Made by a program: the position numbers and the translations under genes. The notes beneath the pieces were generated by a model. It searched no databases. It was not told the origin of the DNA and saw nothing but the letters and a program-made list of their open reading frames with translations. This document shows, piece by piece, positions 60,808 to 64,000 of a DNA stretch of 64,000 bases. The DNA comes from Geosiphon pyriformis uo1 (lineage: Eukaryota > Fungi > Glomeromycota): NCBI GenBank assembly GCA_016748015.1, contig JAAOMT010000239.1, forward strand, positions 468,356 to 532,355, given 5' to 3'. How positions within the stretch are numbered: position 1 is the first letter of the stretch; each line of letters opens with the position of its first letter.

Positions 60808-63800
60808 TTATTTATTTATTTTTTATTTATTTATTTAACGAGTGAGGTCCAAACACTACCTAGTACAATACATTATACAAGTAATCTAAACTAGGCGTGA
60901 ATCATGCTCTTTCTACACGTGACCAGTCACTCAGACTAGTCAGGACAACACTAGGCACCTATATGCACTGAGACCAAGTTACCTATACCTGAAAAGAATA
61001 AACTAGATCTATGAAACCCAAAACCAATACCAATTGCATCAGCAATACCCAATAATCTAACCACATTGGACAAGAGTACCGAAAGAAGACCAGAAACCGA
61101 GACAGGAATAGAACCATCACGTGGGATTAAGCCACCCTTCTCCATAACAGCTCTGTGTTTCACATGAACCAGCCAAATATCATCACGGAATGCAAGACAA
61201 AAATCATGCACAAATGCCACAATATTCTGAGCCACTATTTTAGAGTCCTTGAAAACAGAAAAAGATTCACGATACTACTCATTGAAAACAAAGCTCTTAC
61301 ATATAGCCGCACCAACAACAGCATTGGAAGTGCAAGCAGAAAGTGACTGTGAAACACATGAAGTCGAGTGAGATAAATCTGAGCGTGTTTCCCAAACAAA
61401 TGCATAAGCGTTCATCAACCAGGCACAATCACCAGCATCAAATGGGCACAAAAACACATAATCTGAAATTTCAACATTGCCACAGAACAAACACATTACA
61501 CTGGGGTACCCCTTATCGTAAAAACGCTTTCGCACAGCAACAGGAAAACAATAATGCAACATCTTCATAAAATATGTTCGATAACCAGCAATACGTGCAC
61601 TAGTGAAACCAGCGGCCAAATGAGAGTCTGGATGTCACACCGAACATGACCTGACCCAATCAACATCAGCACATAAGCTGTTCACCAATACCTGAGAACC
61701 AGAACTGACCTCCCAATGTGCACGGTGAATAGAGCGGAAAACATTATGAACAAAATGCCTAAAATTACCAGAAACCACAATACCACCAGCCTTGAGAAAA
61801 TGTTCATCAATCCTGTAAGGAAAATGCACACCAGAAAACGCAGCAGCCCTAGCCAAAGTGTTAGCATGCTCATTGCCCAAGACTTCAGAGTGATCTTTAA
61901 CTTTAATCCAATCAACATCCAAATTTTTGCGACGAATGACATTAGAAATATGGCGGCATTCGACCCAACACCAATTCCTGAAATCTGGACATCCCAACAT
62001 TAACTCTGACCTGTATGCATCCAAAGTGGCCTGGCTGTCCGAAAACAGATTAACTGAATGAGAAGGAGGGACACACTCAAGAGCCAAAGCAATAGCCTGC
62101 AGCTCTGTCATGGTAGAAGAAACCAAACCAGAAACTTCCACACCTAAACCCAAATCAATGTCCTCAAAAAAAACAGTGGCACCAGCCTCCATACCAAGAG
62201 TACCCAGCCCACACAAAGAACCATCCGTAAACACAGAAAGGCGATCGGAATCAACCTCCAATAAGTGATTGCAAACAACATCAAACTTGCAAGACTCAAG
62301 TATGTCAGATGAGTCAACATTCAGTGACAAAAGAGAACAAATGGAAGATAACCCAGAACCAGACAAAAAGTGAACAGCAGCATTGAACCAATCAGGAATT
62401 GGGCCCTGAGGGTCCAGTCTCTTTCACCACTTGAAAGTCCTCCATTCAAAAACAGAACCAATTCAATCGCAAAGCTGTTCAACAAAGACAATTCCATATT
62501 GTCAAAGCAAAGAAACACATTTATAAAAAGCTAACTTGCCAAGAACAATAGACATTGGGGTCCCCTTTTGAAAACGAAAAACATTGGTCATGAGACCACC
62601 CAGAGAGAGGTCACAACCCAAAAAAATCCGGATGACACCAGCCAAAAAATTATTTAAAGGACTGATATTAATACGAAAAAGGAAAAGCAGAGAGTGACAA
62701 GGGCGCCAGCTGAGAACTTGTAAATCATGAGACCTATGTGTGAACAGGTGGCCCAAAATACCTACAGAATTGGCAAAACAAACAACAGCAGCTGACTTGC
62801 TTTCAGCCTGGACCTGCTCAAAAGATTTCAAACTGTACAGAGAAGAATGATGAATAGCATCATTGGGAAAGTTGAGTGACAAGCCAAATTTGGACTTCAA
62901 ACCTTTATGAATTATAGTGTCCCATTTCGCACACACTAATAAGAACAAAACTAAACTGAGTCCTGTAGGCAATTATGGGGTGAAAAACTACTGACACCAA
63001 ATACAAGAACTGCTTATTAGAAATAGCCTTTTTCAGAACAAGGTTGGTAAAAAATCGGACATCCAAGCGTGCCTTAGCCAAGCTAGGCTTCAACAAACCC
63101 TCAGTAGACAGAAAGATATCCAGGTATCAATGAGGCTCCCCCCTTTTGGCTATCGAAATAGGCAAACTACTGATCAACAAATGAGGGCTAGAAACTCTGC
63201 AATTAATGGGAATGGCCACCGTTTTGTGATTATTGATCGAAATGTCATTGACTTAAAAAAACCCACTAGTAACATTGAAAATATGTTGGGTGGCAGCCTG
63301 GCTGCTACCAATCCAAATCGTATCATCAATAAAAGCACCAGCAGCAAGGAAAGAAGTCAAACCAGCCCGAGATTCAACACGACCAGTGTTGGCAACAAAA
63401 CAAGAGTCTAACCTGTATTCACATACACTTTTTTGTCTCTTGACTTCACACAAAAGAGGATCATAAAATATGTGCCAGAGAAGAGGAGAAAACACCTCCC
63501 TTTGATCCAAACCATCATGTACCCAATATCCATCAGTCAACCCAAAATCCATCATAACTCTGTTGACCCGATCATTGTGGATGCTACCAAAAAACCGAAT
63601 GAATTTATTACACATTTTTATTCTGACCAAGCTCTTCCTTAAATGCTTCCAGCCAACCGAATCATAAGTCTTTCGCATGTTCTACAAGACCAGCCACAGC
63701 TCTTGGTTCTTCTCCAAAGCATTCTCAATGACCAATCCAATAGCAAAAATAGGAGACTATGTGGTCGTGCCTTTTAAAACAGAAAAATTATCTCCCCTCA

Positions 63801-64000
63801 GAATGTTAAAAACACTACAAGCCAATGAAATTCTGTCCAAAAGCACTTTAGAAAGGATTTTGTGAGCCGTCTCAACCAAAGCAATAGGACAGGTATTCGT
63901 GAGAACACCCTCCCACTCATATGGTTTGGGAATTATCGACACTCAAGCCTCTTTCTAAGGCCCAGGAACAGATTCACACTCCAAGCAAACATTCAAAAGC
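60808..64000 (-). mobile_element. LINE copy 3 (3' part: RT, RNase H, CCHC, 3' UTR, tail), continues beyond the window
   Basis: AFIDD, SVFTDGS, LFSDSQA and CLFCGNVEISD; ORF2 stop at 60951; shared 3' UTR at 60950-60836; (AAAT)n tail. Confidence 0.92.

Overview
A 64 kb window from an intron-rich, AT-rich eukaryote. The gene content, a minor-spliceosome intron and the repeat families point to an early-diverging fungus, probably Glomeromycotina such as Geosiphon (inference). Six intact host genes sit in two CpG-retaining islands: SEC23, a FANCF-like gene, a METTL2/6/Trm140-type tRNA m3C methyltransferase, RPS13, SNRNP40 and HEM14/PPOX. The rest is a layered graveyard of retroelements. Nest 1: an RNase H-bearing LINE (5394-32621) has a dUTPase-encoding Ty3/gypsy element (A, 5483-25934) inserted in its 5' UTR, and A carries an inverted full-length copy of the same family (B, 7330-17582) inside gag. 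Nest 2: an old ORF1-only non-LTR element (minus strand, ~45345-56718) has been hit by a second LINE (46745-53482) and by a younger copy of its own family (54141-56445). A third LINE runs off the right edge. The repeats show pervasive C:G>T:A change in all dinucleotide contexts, grading into almost pure A/T ghosts, while the genes are spared. The most notable items are the ORF1-only (HAL1-like) family sharing a structured 3' UTR with the LINEs, the RIP-like hypermutation, the fungal FANCF homolog, the extra domains in the gypsy polyprotein, and a U12-type intron with a long hairpin in RPS13. All alignments were done by eye.
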